A DNA stretch of 32,000 nt from Candidatus Saccharimonadota bacterium (GTDB lineage: Bacteria > Patescibacteriota > Microgenomatia > UBA1406 > GWC2-37-13): positions 450,001 through 482,000 of the forward strand of contig CP064967.1 of assembly GCA_016699265.1 (NCBI GenBank), written 5' to 3'. Of the stretch, positions 8,889 through 17,390 are shown one piece after another. Made by a program: the position numbers and the translations under genes. Positions within the stretch are counted from its first letter, which is position 1. The number at the start of each line of letters is the position of its first letter. The notes below the pieces were generated by a model, which was not told the origin of the DNA, ran no database searches, and was given only the letters and a program-made list of their open reading frames with translations.

Positions 8889-9530
8889 ATGTCACAAGCT
8901 AAGCAGAAATCAAAGCCAACTAGCGGTCCAAAGACCCTTCCAAAATACAATCTAACACAACTTCTTAACAGAGTTAATGATCGGTTTCCCAATTTCTTAC
9001 TCGGGCTTACGGTCTTTGTTCTAGCTATTCTTGTCGGATCTCTCTTCTTTCAAAACCAAGAACTATCAACGCTTAAAATTCCGCAGTCAATAACTAAGCT
9101 TTTGGAGGTAAGACGAATGAGGTAGAACAAACGACACCTAAATCCTATACAGTTAAAAGGTGACACTCTTTGGAGCATTGCCGAAGAAGCGTACGGATCG
9201 GGCTATAATGCATTTGACCTAGCCAAGCTAAATAATATTCAGAATGCAGATGAGCTCAACGAAGGAGCCGTTATTTCACTTCCAGCTCTAGAGTCAAAGA
9301 ATCCAACTCGCGGCGAGATCGCAGGAGGAGGTTACACAACAGTTCAAGAAACCACGCAGGTAGATAAAACTAAATCATCTAGCTATAAAATCGTAACAGG
9401 GGACTCACTTTGGTCAATTTCTATGAAGGTCTACGGCAATCCTTACCGATGGACCGAACTATGGAGAGCTAACCCAACTATTGAGAATCCTGACTTAATC
9501 TATGCAGGAAACACGCTAAATATAAAGTAA
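8889..9530 (+). CDS. Membrane-anchored protein with two LysM domains, reading frame disrupted between 9100 and 9158
   Basis: ORF 8889-9125 encodes a TM N-terminus. From 9159 the same frame encodes GDTLWSIAEEAYGSGYNAFDLAKLNNIQ... and YKIVTGDSLWSISMKVYGNPYRWTELWRANP...AGNTLNIK* (stop at 9528-9530). The linker ...FGGKTNEVEQTTPKSYTVK is only readable in another frame between the T4 run (9100-9103) and the A4 run (9155-9158). Confidence 0.75.
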
Positions 9531-9535
9531 TGACA

Positions 9536-9570
9536 TTAGTTCTTAGTTCTTAGTTCTTAGTTCTTAGTTC
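9536..9570. repeat. Perfect tandem heptamer (TTAGTTC)x5
   Basis: Five exact copies read directly. It lies between the convergent LysM and polX genes, and the polX stop codon (9557-9559) is inside it. Confidence 0.95.
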
Positions 9571-10585
9571 TAATTATCGCTCGTTCTACCTCATCTCCTC
9601 CGGTACGTTCTTCAGGTTCGATATATCTGAGACCAAGAAAGTTATAAAGCTTCTCCTCGGTGTCGAAAGTCTTAATCGGTTCGTTTAGATTACGCATGTT
9701 TTTAAGACCATACTCGTTTAGGGAATATCCTTTTCCTAGCGCATACTCTCTTAACTTGATATTATGTGCCTTACTTCCTGTAAAGTACTGCAGGAGGGCG
9801 CCGTACGCAGTTCTTGGGTGTACTCTGAGGTCTATTCTCAGCTTGGGAGGAAGAATGATTGATGCTTTAGAGTCTCCAGCGTTATCTACGGAAATTTTTT
9901 TAGGGTAGGAAACGAAATGTTTCACAATTTCCATCGCATCTTTTTCCTGCGCAACAACTGCTATGTCAATATCTCCTATCGTTTGTGCTTTGCGCCGTAA
10001 GGATCCTAATATGTCCACCTGCTCAACTCCTTTGAAGCGCTGAAGATACTTCACTAGATCATCTGCGACTGTTTTGGCATAGTCATAAGGAATCCTATCT
10101 GGCGATTTATCCGCTGCTTCAAACTGCTTCAATGATTCGGTAAGTACCTTCTCTGACTGTGCACCGAAGCCTGGTAGTTCGGATATTTTATGCTTTTCAC
10201 AGAGATATTTTAGCTTTTTAATAACTGTATTAGTATCCATTAAATTAAACGCATTGACGAGCTTAAACGCCTTTATAGGGCCTACTTTAGGTACTCTGGT
10301 GAGGATAAATACCGTTTCGGGAACCTTACTCAACTGACGATCAATGAATTCTGAACTCCCTTTCTCAAAGAGCTCAATGATGTGACCCCTAATTGTCTCC
10401 CCGAGCCCCTCTACTGAGCTCAACTCTCCCCTCTTCCAGATCTCAAATAGCTCTTTGTCGAGGAGTTCGATCGCATCAGCTGCATTCTCATAGGCAGCTG
10501 TTCTAAACAACTCTTTTTTCTCAATTTTATAGACGACAACCACTTTCCTGAGCAGTTCCACTATTTCCTTGTTACTCTTTTGCAT
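9557..10585 (-). CDS. polX: DNA polymerase beta-like family X polymerase (no PHP domain)
   Basis: HhH motifs (GLGETIRGHI, GFGAQSEKV) and a nucleotidyltransferase core GSLRRKAQTIGDIDIAV. The start is set at MQKSNKEIV (ATG 10583-10585) because the longer track ORF runs into tRNA-Gly. Confidence 0.8.
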   Translation of the reverse strand: MQKSNKEIVELLRKVVVVYKIEKKELFRTAAYENAADAIELLDKELFEIWKRGELSSVEGLGETIRGHIIELFEKGSSEFIDRQLSKVPETVFILTRVPKVGPIKAFKLVNAFNLMDTNTVIKKLKYLCEKHKISELPGFGAQSEKVLTESLKQFEAADKSPDRIPYDYAKTVADDLVKYLQRFKGVEQVDILGSLRRKAQTIGDIDIAVVAQEKDAMEIVKHFVSYPKKISVDNAGDSKASIILPPKLRIDLRVHPRTAYGALLQYFTGSKAHNIKLREYALGKGYSLNEYGLKNMRNLNEPIKTFDTEEKLYNFLGLRYIEPEERTGGDEVERAIIRTKN

Positions 10586-10616
10586 ATTCGATAGAAGTAT
10601 ATACGAAAAAGTAGCC

Positions 10617-10625
10617 TGATATAAT
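10617..10625 (+). promoter_or_regulatory. Extended -10 element TGATATAAT upstream of tRNA-Gly
   Basis: TATAAT at 10620-10625 is preceded by TGA. The mature tRNA 5' end lies 11 nt downstream. Confidence 0.45.
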
Positions 10626-10635
10626 GAACCTTTAT

Positions 10636-10706
10636 GCGAGGTTAGTATAGTGGTAATACGCCTGCTTCCCAAGCAGGAGCCACGAGTCCGATTCTCGTAC
10701 CTCGCT
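10636..10706 (+). tRNA. tRNA-Gly (anticodon CCC)
   Basis: Manual cloverleaf. Acceptor GCGAGGT/ACCTCGC, D stem GTAT/ATAC, anticodon stem CCTGC/GCAGG with loop TTCCCAA, T stem ACGAG/CTCGT, discriminator T. No encoded CCA. Confidence 0.9.
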
Positions 10707-10765
10707 CATCGGTTCCCGCTTTGCCATCTGAAGCCTTGGCGAAAGATGGTATCCCGCTCAGTTTG

Positions 10766-11632
10766 TCAAAGTAAATCGGAGCGAGGTACCTTACCAATAC
10801 CTACTAAGTTTAGGTATGGCCTGAGATCCGGTCGAATTTTTTGCTCACTCTCGGGACGAGGAAGTCTTGTAGGCGCATTAATTGCTTTTTCAATTCGTAC
10901 CGGAAATCCAAAGAATCCTCTTACTCGAAATGGATTCGATGTGTTGGGTTTATTTGATAAAGGAGGAAGTTTTACATCAATACCCGATCCGATAAGTTGT
11001 TTAAAATATTCATGTGAGACTTCAGCAAGCCTATAAGGTACCTGAAATAACATGACTCCTCCCAAAGCGGTAATCTGCCACATATTCTGCAACATTAAAT
11101 AGTATAGAATTGGATCTGAAGGAATATAATCAGGATTCAGACCTCCTTCTGGACGAGATATCACAACATCAAATCCTGTAGAGGCTATTTCAACCTGCTT
11201 ACCTCTGATTTGAGTCCAACATTCCACAGATGCAATGTTTCCATTAATGGTATGAATCACTCCCGGACCAAGTTTTTGATCCCATTTGGGATCGTGAGGA
11301 AAACCTAAAGATACTGCAACTCCTTTGTCATATCCAAGTGAAGCTGCTTCACCAACTACAGACTCTGTTGCCATTAAGTCGATTATGCTTGTGTAGCCTT
11401 TTTTTTTCGCACGTTCATGTAAAAATACCCCTAACATTGCAGAGTTATTTACAGATTGAAATGTTCTACCATACTCAGAGATCGAACTGCCATGAATTCC
11501 CCAACCCGCTCTTCTCCCTTTAGAAGGGGCGGACCATTTTTCCCTCGTTGCTTGAATTCTCATATCAGGGAGCTCTGCTGGACTTAGATGACGTGTGAGA
11601 CTTCGATTTGAAAAATATCTTTCTCCGCTCAT
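10766..11632 (-). CDS. Uncharacterised protein, paralogue 1 of a tandem family (Rossmann/methyltransferase-fold-like)
   Basis: 288 aa. It shares WGIHGSSISEYGRTF, IIDLMATE, GVAVSLGF, FDVVISRPEGG and MLFQVP with the two ORFs upstream. Confidence 0.7.
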   Translation of the reverse strand: MSGERYFSNRSLTRHLSPAELPDMRIQATREKWSAPSKGRRAGWGIHGSSISEYGRTFQSVNNSAMLGVFLHERAKKKGYTSIIDLMATESVVGEAASLGYDKGVAVSLGFPHDPKWDQKLGPGVIHTINGNIASVECWTQIRGKQVEIASTGFDVVISRPEGGLNPDYIPSDPILYYLMLQNMWQITALGGVMLFQVPYRLAEVSHEYFKQLIGSGIDVKLPPLSNKPNTSNPFRVRGFFGFPVRIEKAINAPTRLPRPESEQKIRPDLRPYLNLVGIGKVPRSDLL

Positions 11633-11847
11633 AATTTTAGTTAAAAAGTGAAATATTAATTTTACTATTATTTAATTTCTTAAGATCATTTTTGAATCGC
11701 ACTGCTATATATAAACCAGACCGAAATCCAACGTTCACTTTTAGACGAAAAACCTCGAGCACATTTTTGTTATCTAGGAGAGTTGATTTCCCCAAAAATA
11801 GTTGTGTTTGTGGATTCCTATCTGACCGGTGTACTTTTAACATATGT

Positions 11848-12603
11848 TTATTTCATTCCCAACATGAGAGGAGATGGTAATACGGATGGGGATTCTTTTC
11901 TCTTACTAAGAACAACGGCATGGGTCATAAAACCATTTACAGACTCTGACCAATCGATGCTAAAACCTTTTTGTTTAAGCTTAGAAAAATACTTTTCAGC
12001 CTCAAAATATTGACATTGAGGAATTTGAAATAAGAATACTCCATCGTCATAACTGAGCAACCTCCAAGACTCTTAAAGCATGAAAAAGAGAGTTGAGGTT
12101 GTCAGTCTAGAATCCAGTATCCCTCCTTCGGGACGACAAATTATGATGTCAAAATATTCAAATCCTTTACTTTCCGCTACTTTTCGAATTTTTGACCATG
12201 TTTTCTTTATTGTTAAATCACCATTTAAATTACTACAAAACTCTCGATAAGGGCCACTATTTTTTCTAGGTCTGTATCCTAGAGATACTGCAAGACCAAA
12301 ATTGATGCCATAGTCACGCACAGATTGTAAAACAGCTGCGTCGCTTGCCATTAGGTCTAATATTGTGGTTTTATTAGGTCTCGAGGCAATTATAGATAAA
12401 AGATTGTCAAGGTTTTCTGGTGCTAAAATTGAATTGAATGTTGTCCCATAATCTTCTAGTGATGAATGACGTATTGTCCAATTATTAAAATCATCTATCC
12501 CATCTTCTCTCTCACGTTTTCCAATAAACTTATTATGCTTCCTCACGTGAGTCAAGATACGAGGATCAAGAAACTGCGGTTTGGTAGGTCTTTCGGCTTT
12601 CAT
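11848..12603 (-). pseudogene. Paralogue 2 of the tandem family, with a single in-frame TAA at 12073-12075
   Basis: ORFs 12073-12603 and 11848-12060 are in the same frame. The read-through sequence ...IICRPEGG...STLFFML*ESWRLLSYDDGVFLFQIP... aligns with the paralogues. Confidence 0.6.
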
Positions 12604-13385
12604 AATTTATGCAATGAAATACCTAACATTTTTGGGGTAGGGAGAAGTTTTGGTGCTTCTGGATTTCTTTGTAAATGTACAGACACTCCGTATATGTTCT
12701 GAAAACTCGATCCGATTGCAACCGTTATACCAGAAGTTGCGTTTAGTTTTTCTAAGTAGTCTACTCCTATGCCAAAAGTCATATGTGGTATCTGAAATAA
12801 CAATTGCCCGTTTTGAGGACTTAAAATCCTCCATGCTCGTTGAAGTAGCTCAAAATGCATTGCGACTGAATTAGTAAAGTGGTGCAAGCCTCGGAGGGGC
12901 CTTGACAGAATCACATCAAAAGTTGGCACTGCATTTGCACGCATATGTTCATCTATTGTTTGCCAAGTTGATTGTTCGACAATATCTCCGTTAACAATCT
13001 CTATAACCGAAGCTTCTGCAGGAGGAAGACTGCCCAACCCAAATCCCAGCGAGACCGCAAGCCCGTACTTAAACCCAAGATCGGTAGCCTCTCGTACAGC
13101 CGTTTCCGCCGCGGCAATATCAAGAATACTTGCATTTGGATTATTTTCTACCGAAGCCTTCAAATGAAGACTTAGTGAAGTCTTTAATACGTCGCTAAAT
13201 GTGTCGCTATAATCATTAAGACCGCTATCATGCGTGGCCCATGTACCTCGCCACAAACGACCTGGTTGAGACCATTTCTCCTTTATACCAATTTCCCTAT
13301 TTCTCTGACGATCATCGGCAAATGGTATACCTCTAGATAGCATCTCTCCCACTCGTTTACCTGCACCAAAATATGCTTCGATCAT
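12600..13385 (-). CDS. Paralogue 3 of the tandem family
   Basis: 261 aa with WATHDSGLNDYSDTF, ILDIAAAE, GLAVSLGF, FDVILSRPLRG, LLFQIP and a C-terminal LPTPKMLG. Its stop overlaps the start of paralogue 2 (ATGA). Confidence 0.7.
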   Translation of the reverse strand: MIEAYFGAGKRVGEMLSRGIPFADDRQRNREIGIKEKWSQPGRLWRGTWATHDSGLNDYSDTFSDVLKTSLSLHLKASVENNPNASILDIAAAETAVREATDLGFKYGLAVSLGFGLGSLPPAEASVIEIVNGDIVEQSTWQTIDEHMRANAVPTFDVILSRPLRGLHHFTNSVAMHFELLQRAWRILSPQNGQLLFQIPHMTFGIGVDYLEKLNATSGITVAIGSSFQNIYGVSVHLQRNPEAPKLLPTPKMLGISLHKL

Positions 13386-13549
13386 GCTCCATTATATCAA
13401 ATATGTCGCACTATAGGCTTGATTTAATTTTTGGACACCATATATTTCATTCATTTTTATCGAACGATATACCTTAGTTTTAAATCGAGTATAATATCTA
13501 CATTGTGCTTTCAGTAGGCAGTAATCAATAGTCAGATTTAAATTAATAA

Positions 13550-13584
13550 CTGACACCTGACATCTGAAAACTGATAACTAAGAG
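13550..13584. repeat. Heptad repeat CTGACAC CTGACAT CTGAAAA CTGATAA CTAAGAG
   Basis: Read directly, ending 4 nt before tRNA-Thr. Confidence 0.6.
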
Positions 13585-13588
13585 CAAT

Positions 13589-13659
13589 GCCCTTTTAGTT
13601 CAGTGGCAGAACAGCGGTATCGTAAACCGTTAACGTCAGTTCGATTCTGACAAAGGGCT
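13589..13659 (+). tRNA. tRNA-Thr (anticodon CGT)
   Basis: Manual cloverleaf. Acceptor GCCCTTT/AAAGGGC, D stem GTTC/GAAC, anticodon stem GCGGT/ACCGT with loop ATCGTAA, T stem GTCAG/CTGAC with loop TTCGATT. No encoded CCA. Confidence 0.9.
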
Positions 13660-13660
13660 C

Positions 13661-14371
13661 ATGACAAGACTAGATAGAATCAAATCAAAGAGATCTAAAC
13701 AGCAAACCATTGTTTTGGTTGTTATTGGGGTGGTTGCGGGATGGTTTGTTCTTACGTCTGGTTTCTCGTTTCTTATTAATAGCTCTGTCTATGTAGGAAA
13801 CCTGTTTGGTGGAGGGAAGAGTGAGTACGACTTCGGAACAGCTCCTAAGTTCTACAGTGTTCAGTTTGATGAAATTCCAGCCGCGACAAACAGCGCAGGA
13901 CTCACGGTCTCTGGAGTGGCTGACAATTTGGATGAAATAAAATTCTACCTTAATGGAAAACTTACTAAAAAAATTAGGGTTGATTCTGATGGTAAGTTTT
14001 CCACCATTCTTAGTAATTACGATCAAGGAAATAATAGTCTGTATGCAATTGGAGCAAACAATAAAACCAGTGAAACAAAAAAAACAGATACTGTTTCGTT
14101 TTTATATATAACTACTAAACCAATAATCGAAATCTCGGAACCAACCGATGGATCTAAAACTCCACGTGACGAGATTAAGGTTTCCGGAAAAACTAATTCG
14201 GGCGAGGATGTGACCGTTAGAATTCAGGGACTTTTATCTACGGTTGACTCAAATGGAAATTTTCAGTCCTTCGTACGGCTAAAGGAGGGAGAAAATAAGA
14301 TAAAGATTACGGTTAATGACACAGCTGGTAATTCCGAAGAAAAAGAAATCACCGTTTCTTACGAGAAGTAA
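13661..14371 (+). CDS. Membrane-anchored protein with two Ig-like/beta-sandwich repeats
   Basis: 236 aa. One N-terminal TM, then two repeats of the pattern VSG...V...NG...D..G.F......G.N......D.AGN. Confidence 0.6.
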   Translation: MTRLDRIKSKRSKQQTIVLVVIGVVAGWFVLTSGFSFLINSSVYVGNLFGGGKSEYDFGTAPKFYSVQFDEIPAATNSAGLTVSGVADNLDEIKFYLNGKLTKKIRVDSDGKFSTILSNYDQGNNSLYAIGANNKTSETKKTDTVSFLYITTKPIIEISEPTDGSKTPRDEIKVSGKTNSGEDVTVRIQGLLSTVDSNGNFQSFVRLKEGENKIKITVNDTAGNSEEKEITVSYEK

Positions 14372-15470
14372 GTCCTATAAGTATCGGCCAAAGGAACAGT
14401 ACGAAGGGATGAAGAATAATATTATCAAACAGTGAATAAACCGAGATAAATACTCCTGATACCAAAGCGAAATCGCTCATTCTTCCAGTCAACCAAAACC
14501 AGTACAAAAATGCTCCCAATCCGACTACGCCACTTGTGACAGCAACGATGAGATATGACGAGTGAAACGATGCTCCTGCATGACTTAGGCCACGATTTAG
14601 CACAGAATCACTTGGCTTAAAGTATCTGATGCGGTTATAGCCGATCCCAATAAACTGATTTTTTAGGAAAAGTTTGAGTCCTGTTTGGTAGTCAGTAAGG
14701 CGCGACTCTACAGTAGACGTTCTGAGCAATTTCACTCCCTCACCAAACGGTTTAGGGGCCAGAACTATAAATCCAATCAATACACTTACAGCAAAGCCCA
14801 AAAGCTTTAGGTTTTTTTTGATAATCAGAGTCTGCACAACTACAGCGCTCGCAATCGAGACGAGGTATCCTCGAGAGTAGGTAAAAAGTCCCAAGATGAG
14901 GTATGCAGAGGGATAGATAAAGTTCTTAACCAACGAACTGAATAAATTTTTTCTAATCACCAAATATATCAGTATGAGTCCGTACACCGCACCGGCAACA
15001 GAGGTGTCGAAAAATTGACCGAATACTCTACTTTGATGTGGATCCCAACCAAGGTACTGTAGATTTCGTAGATTACCATAAAGAAAGTACTGAATCATCC
15101 CGAAGAATCCGAGTAAAAAAATAGATATCTGAACTAACTTTTTGGAAATAAAACCATTTTTAACACAATCTGTGATTATGTCAAAACCCAACAAGTATCC
15201 CACCAATCTAACCAAGTAGAGAAAACTGACAAAATTAGGAAAGGCTTGGACCCTAGCTATTCCAAGAAGAAATGTGACAAGTAGTATTCCTACTAGCGTT
15301 GTAGTTTCCTTTCTTAGTCTATAAATATACCGCTTGATAAAAAGCTGGTAAGCCACCCACGCAAAATACGGAATTTCGTATAGATAAAGATTTATTTCTT
15401 GTTGGTTGAATGAAAGTCGCCCTACCTGACCAAGCAAAAAACAAATAACTGACAGACTCAACAATATCAT
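14349..15470 (-). CDS. O-antigen ligase/polymerase-like (Wzy_C domain) polytopic membrane protein
   Basis: 373 aa with about 10 TM segments. LFTYSRGYLVSIASAV, a periplasmic-type loop ESRLTDYQTGLKLFLKNQFIGIGYNR, and HAGASFHSSYLIVAVTSGVVG. Confidence 0.75.
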   Translation of the reverse strand: MILLSLSVICFLLGQVGRLSFNQQEINLYLYEIPYFAWVAYQLFIKRYIYRLRKETTTLVGILLVTFLLGIARVQAFPNFVSFLYLVRLVGYLLGFDIITDCVKNGFISKKLVQISIFLLGFFGMIQYFLYGNLRNLQYLGWDPHQSRVFGQFFDTSVAGAVYGLILIYLVIRKNLFSSLVKNFIYPSAYLILGLFTYSRGYLVSIASAVVVQTLIIKKNLKLLGFAVSVLIGFIVLAPKPFGEGVKLLRTSTVESRLTDYQTGLKLFLKNQFIGIGYNRIRYFKPSDSVLNRGLSHAGASFHSSYLIVAVTSGVVGLGAFLYWFWLTGRMSDFALVSGVFISVYSLFDNIILHPFVLFLWPILIGLTSRKKR

Positions 15471-15585
15471 AGGACTTCGCCTGTAAAATTAATGCCGCAA
15501 GCAAGCTTCGACCTATTTCCTACAAACTCTTTTTTCTGTAGGGTACTCCTCGTACCTATGGACATATTCTGGTCGCGTAGTAGAG

Positions 15586-16320
15586 TCATAGATTTAAAAG
15601 CTTAGCCCTCACAAGAAACGAGTGGAAGCTCATCATAAATGAGTACACGAACCCTGCAGCACCGTCTAATATTCCTCCTCTCACAAAATAGGTATAGATA
15701 AATTTTCCAAAAGGATAGACGATCATCTTTATTAGCGAAAATCGAATATTATTAATTTTCAACTCCTTTGCTCTCAGCGTAGAGTACTCGTTAATAGAAT
15801 TGAGAAAATCAGAGATAGTTGGATGCGGATAGTGATTTACAACGCCTTTTAAGATTCCGGTAGGCTCGTTCGTAATGAACTGTTCATGAACAGTTCCTTT
15901 CCATGTACCTGAGTTTTTTTTCAAAAGCCTTATAAATCCAATCGAACGTGCCTTTGCTGTTTCTCCATATTTTATTTCTTTACTCCAGAAATAGTCGTGA
16001 CGTTTTATGTAGTACGCGGTTTTGGCATGGTCGTCGGAGATCGTCTTTGAGATTTCTTCGGCTAACTCTTTGGTGACGATTTCATCGCTGTCAAGAAATA
16101 GAAGCCATGCTCCAGAGGCAAGTGTTGAACCGAAGTTTCGTTGTTGTGAAAAATCACCGGCTAGTTCATGTTTAACGAGTGTAACCTTTTTTGCTGTTTG
16201 TACTTTCAATGTAGCAGATGGGTCCACAACCAAAATGACTTCATCTGCAAACTGCACAGAATCGATAGCTTTTTGTGTTGATTCTTCTCCTTTTGAAAGA
16301 ACGATTGCTGAAAGTTTCAT
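15586..16320 (-). CDS. Glycosyltransferase family 2
   Basis: 244 aa. LSAIVLSKGEE...ADEVILVVD and FLDSDE (DXD) motifs. It is a paralogue of 20301-21056. Confidence 0.85.
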   Translation of the reverse strand: MKLSAIVLSKGEESTQKAIDSVQFADEVILVVDPSATLKVQTAKKVTLVKHELAGDFSQQRNFGSTLASGAWLLFLDSDEIVTKELAEEISKTISDDHAKTAYYIKRHDYFWSKEIKYGETAKARSIGFIRLLKKNSGTWKGTVHEQFITNEPTGILKGVVNHYPHPTISDFLNSINEYSTLRAKELKINNIRFSLIKMIVYPFGKFIYTYFVRGGILDGAAGFVYSFMMSFHSFLVRAKLLNL

Positions 16321-16326
16321 ATCTAA

Positions 16327-16332
16327 AGTATA
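16327..16332 (-). promoter_or_regulatory. -10 element TATACT, 6 nt upstream of ATG 16320
   Basis: Plus-strand agtata at 16327-16332, in the 33-nt gap after the upstream GT4 gene. Confidence 0.4.
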
Positions 16333-16353
16333 CCCAAATTGCTTGCCATTTAC

Positions 16354-17388
16354 TTATTTCAGGACAGAGACGTAAAATGATTTGATCCTTCGACCAAAAG
16401 CTGCCGAGTCGTATACGTTCTCTGCGCGTTTCCGAGCAACATTACCAAGCCGTAGTCTTTTTGAAGATGAGGCTACGAGATTAGTTAATTCTTTCTTGAG
16501 CGCTCTCGTACTACCTTCTGGCACTAGTATTCCTACCGATCCTAGGATTTCTGGGATGGATCCAGAGGAATATGCAACGATGGGTAATCCTGATGCCATT
16601 GCCTCTACTAAACTCATCCCGTACTGTTCCTCCCATGTTTTTGTCGTCTTGGATGGGATGACAAAAATATCAGCCAGTCGATACACCTCAGGCATTCGAT
16701 CATACTGTACATTTCCTGCAACCAACAACTCAACATCTCCCTCTTCGATTAATTGATTAATCGAAGTTCTCAAATCTGAAAGTCCTTTCTCAACTACATC
16801 GCGTCCCGTAAAAAGTATTCGTAGTTTTCCACTTTTCGATCTAGAATTTACTTTAGGAGTTGGTTTAAATTTGTTGAGGTCTACCCCAAGAGGGATAACT
16901 GTAATTTTATTTGGATTTACTCCCTCGGCTTTTAAGCACTTCTTTGCGCGGTTTGTATAACAGATAAAATGATCGATATACTTCATGCTGAAATACTTAA
17001 TTCGTTTTTTAGCTTCAACCGATTCGTTATTAAATGGAATTGTGTCCCAGCTGGTTGCAATTAACTTCTTGATCTTTCCCTGCTTTCTTAACATCGCAAG
17101 TTGATAGGTGTAGTAATAATGTGGGTCGGCCGTATGTACAATATCGAAGCCTTTAACCGCCTTCTCGAGACCAAATAGATAGTGCTTGTCACCGATAGTT
17201 CTGTTTGCGATCCAACTCGGAAATCCGAAATCAGTAAGAGATAGGAGCTTATCAACCGGAAATGAAAATTCTGAATGAATAGGCTTTTTCGATGCTATGC
17301 CGGTAACCTGTACTGTATTTGATAGCTCTGAATAATTCTGTCCTTCAAAATTATTAAGATATGCTCCCCTTACCAAGGCGACTTTCAT
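16354..17388 (-). CDS. Glycosyltransferase family 4 (GT-B)
   Basis: EQYGMSLVEAMASGLPIV (EX7E motif). The start is set at MKVALVRG (17388), directly after the upstream stop. Confidence 0.85.
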   Translation of the reverse strand: MKVALVRGAYLNNFEGQNYSELSNTVQVTGIASKKPIHSEFSFPVDKLLSLTDFGFPSWIANRTIGDKHYLFGLEKAVKGFDIVHTADPHYYYTYQLAMLRKQGKIKKLIATSWDTIPFNNESVEAKKRIKYFSMKYIDHFICYTNRAKKCLKAEGVNPNKITVIPLGVDLNKFKPTPKVNSRSKSGKLRILFTGRDVVEKGLSDLRTSINQLIEEGDVELLVAGNVQYDRMPEVYRLADIFVIPSKTTKTWEEQYGMSLVEAMASGLPIVAYSSGSIPEILGSVGILVPEGSTRALKKELTNLVASSSKRLRLGNVARKRAENVYDSAAFGRRIKSFYVSVLK

Positions 17389-17390
17389 GG

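Noticed and set aside
9536-9570. Possible CRISPR-like array
   Set aside because: The unit is 7 nt and directly abutting, with no spacers. It is a microsatellite-type tandem repeat, not a CRISPR array. No cas genes are present in the window.
10586-10672. 29-codon N-terminal extension of the polX ORF in the six-frame track
   Set aside because: It runs antisense through tRNA-Gly (10636-10706). The internal start MQKSNKEIV at 10585 gives a normal PolX N-terminus.
12073-12075. TAA reassigned to Gln (alternative genetic code)
   Set aside because: TAA clearly terminates gatB, gatA, lemA, the LysM gene and others at positions matching normal protein ends. TGA and TAG are also used as stops. Standard code 11 fits.
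10636-13659. Integrative mobile element inserted at a tRNA
   Set aside because: No integrase, recombinase or transposase is present. I could find no direct repeat of either tRNA 3' end bordering the triplet. Only the location is suggestive.
15519-15542. Hairpin CCTACA-12 nt-TGTAGG as a terminator after the GT2 gene
   Set aside because: It has a 6-bp stem with a large loop and no following U-tract on the transcribed strand. This is too weak to call.
16022-16756. Plus-strand ORFs of 117 and 124 aa
   Set aside because: They lie entirely antisense within well-supported GT2 and GT4 genes, and their composition is Ser/Arg/Cys-rich. They are treated as shadow ORFs. The same applies to 10650-11036, 13685-14026, 1694-2204, 5379-5694, 6241-6531 and 7294-7901.
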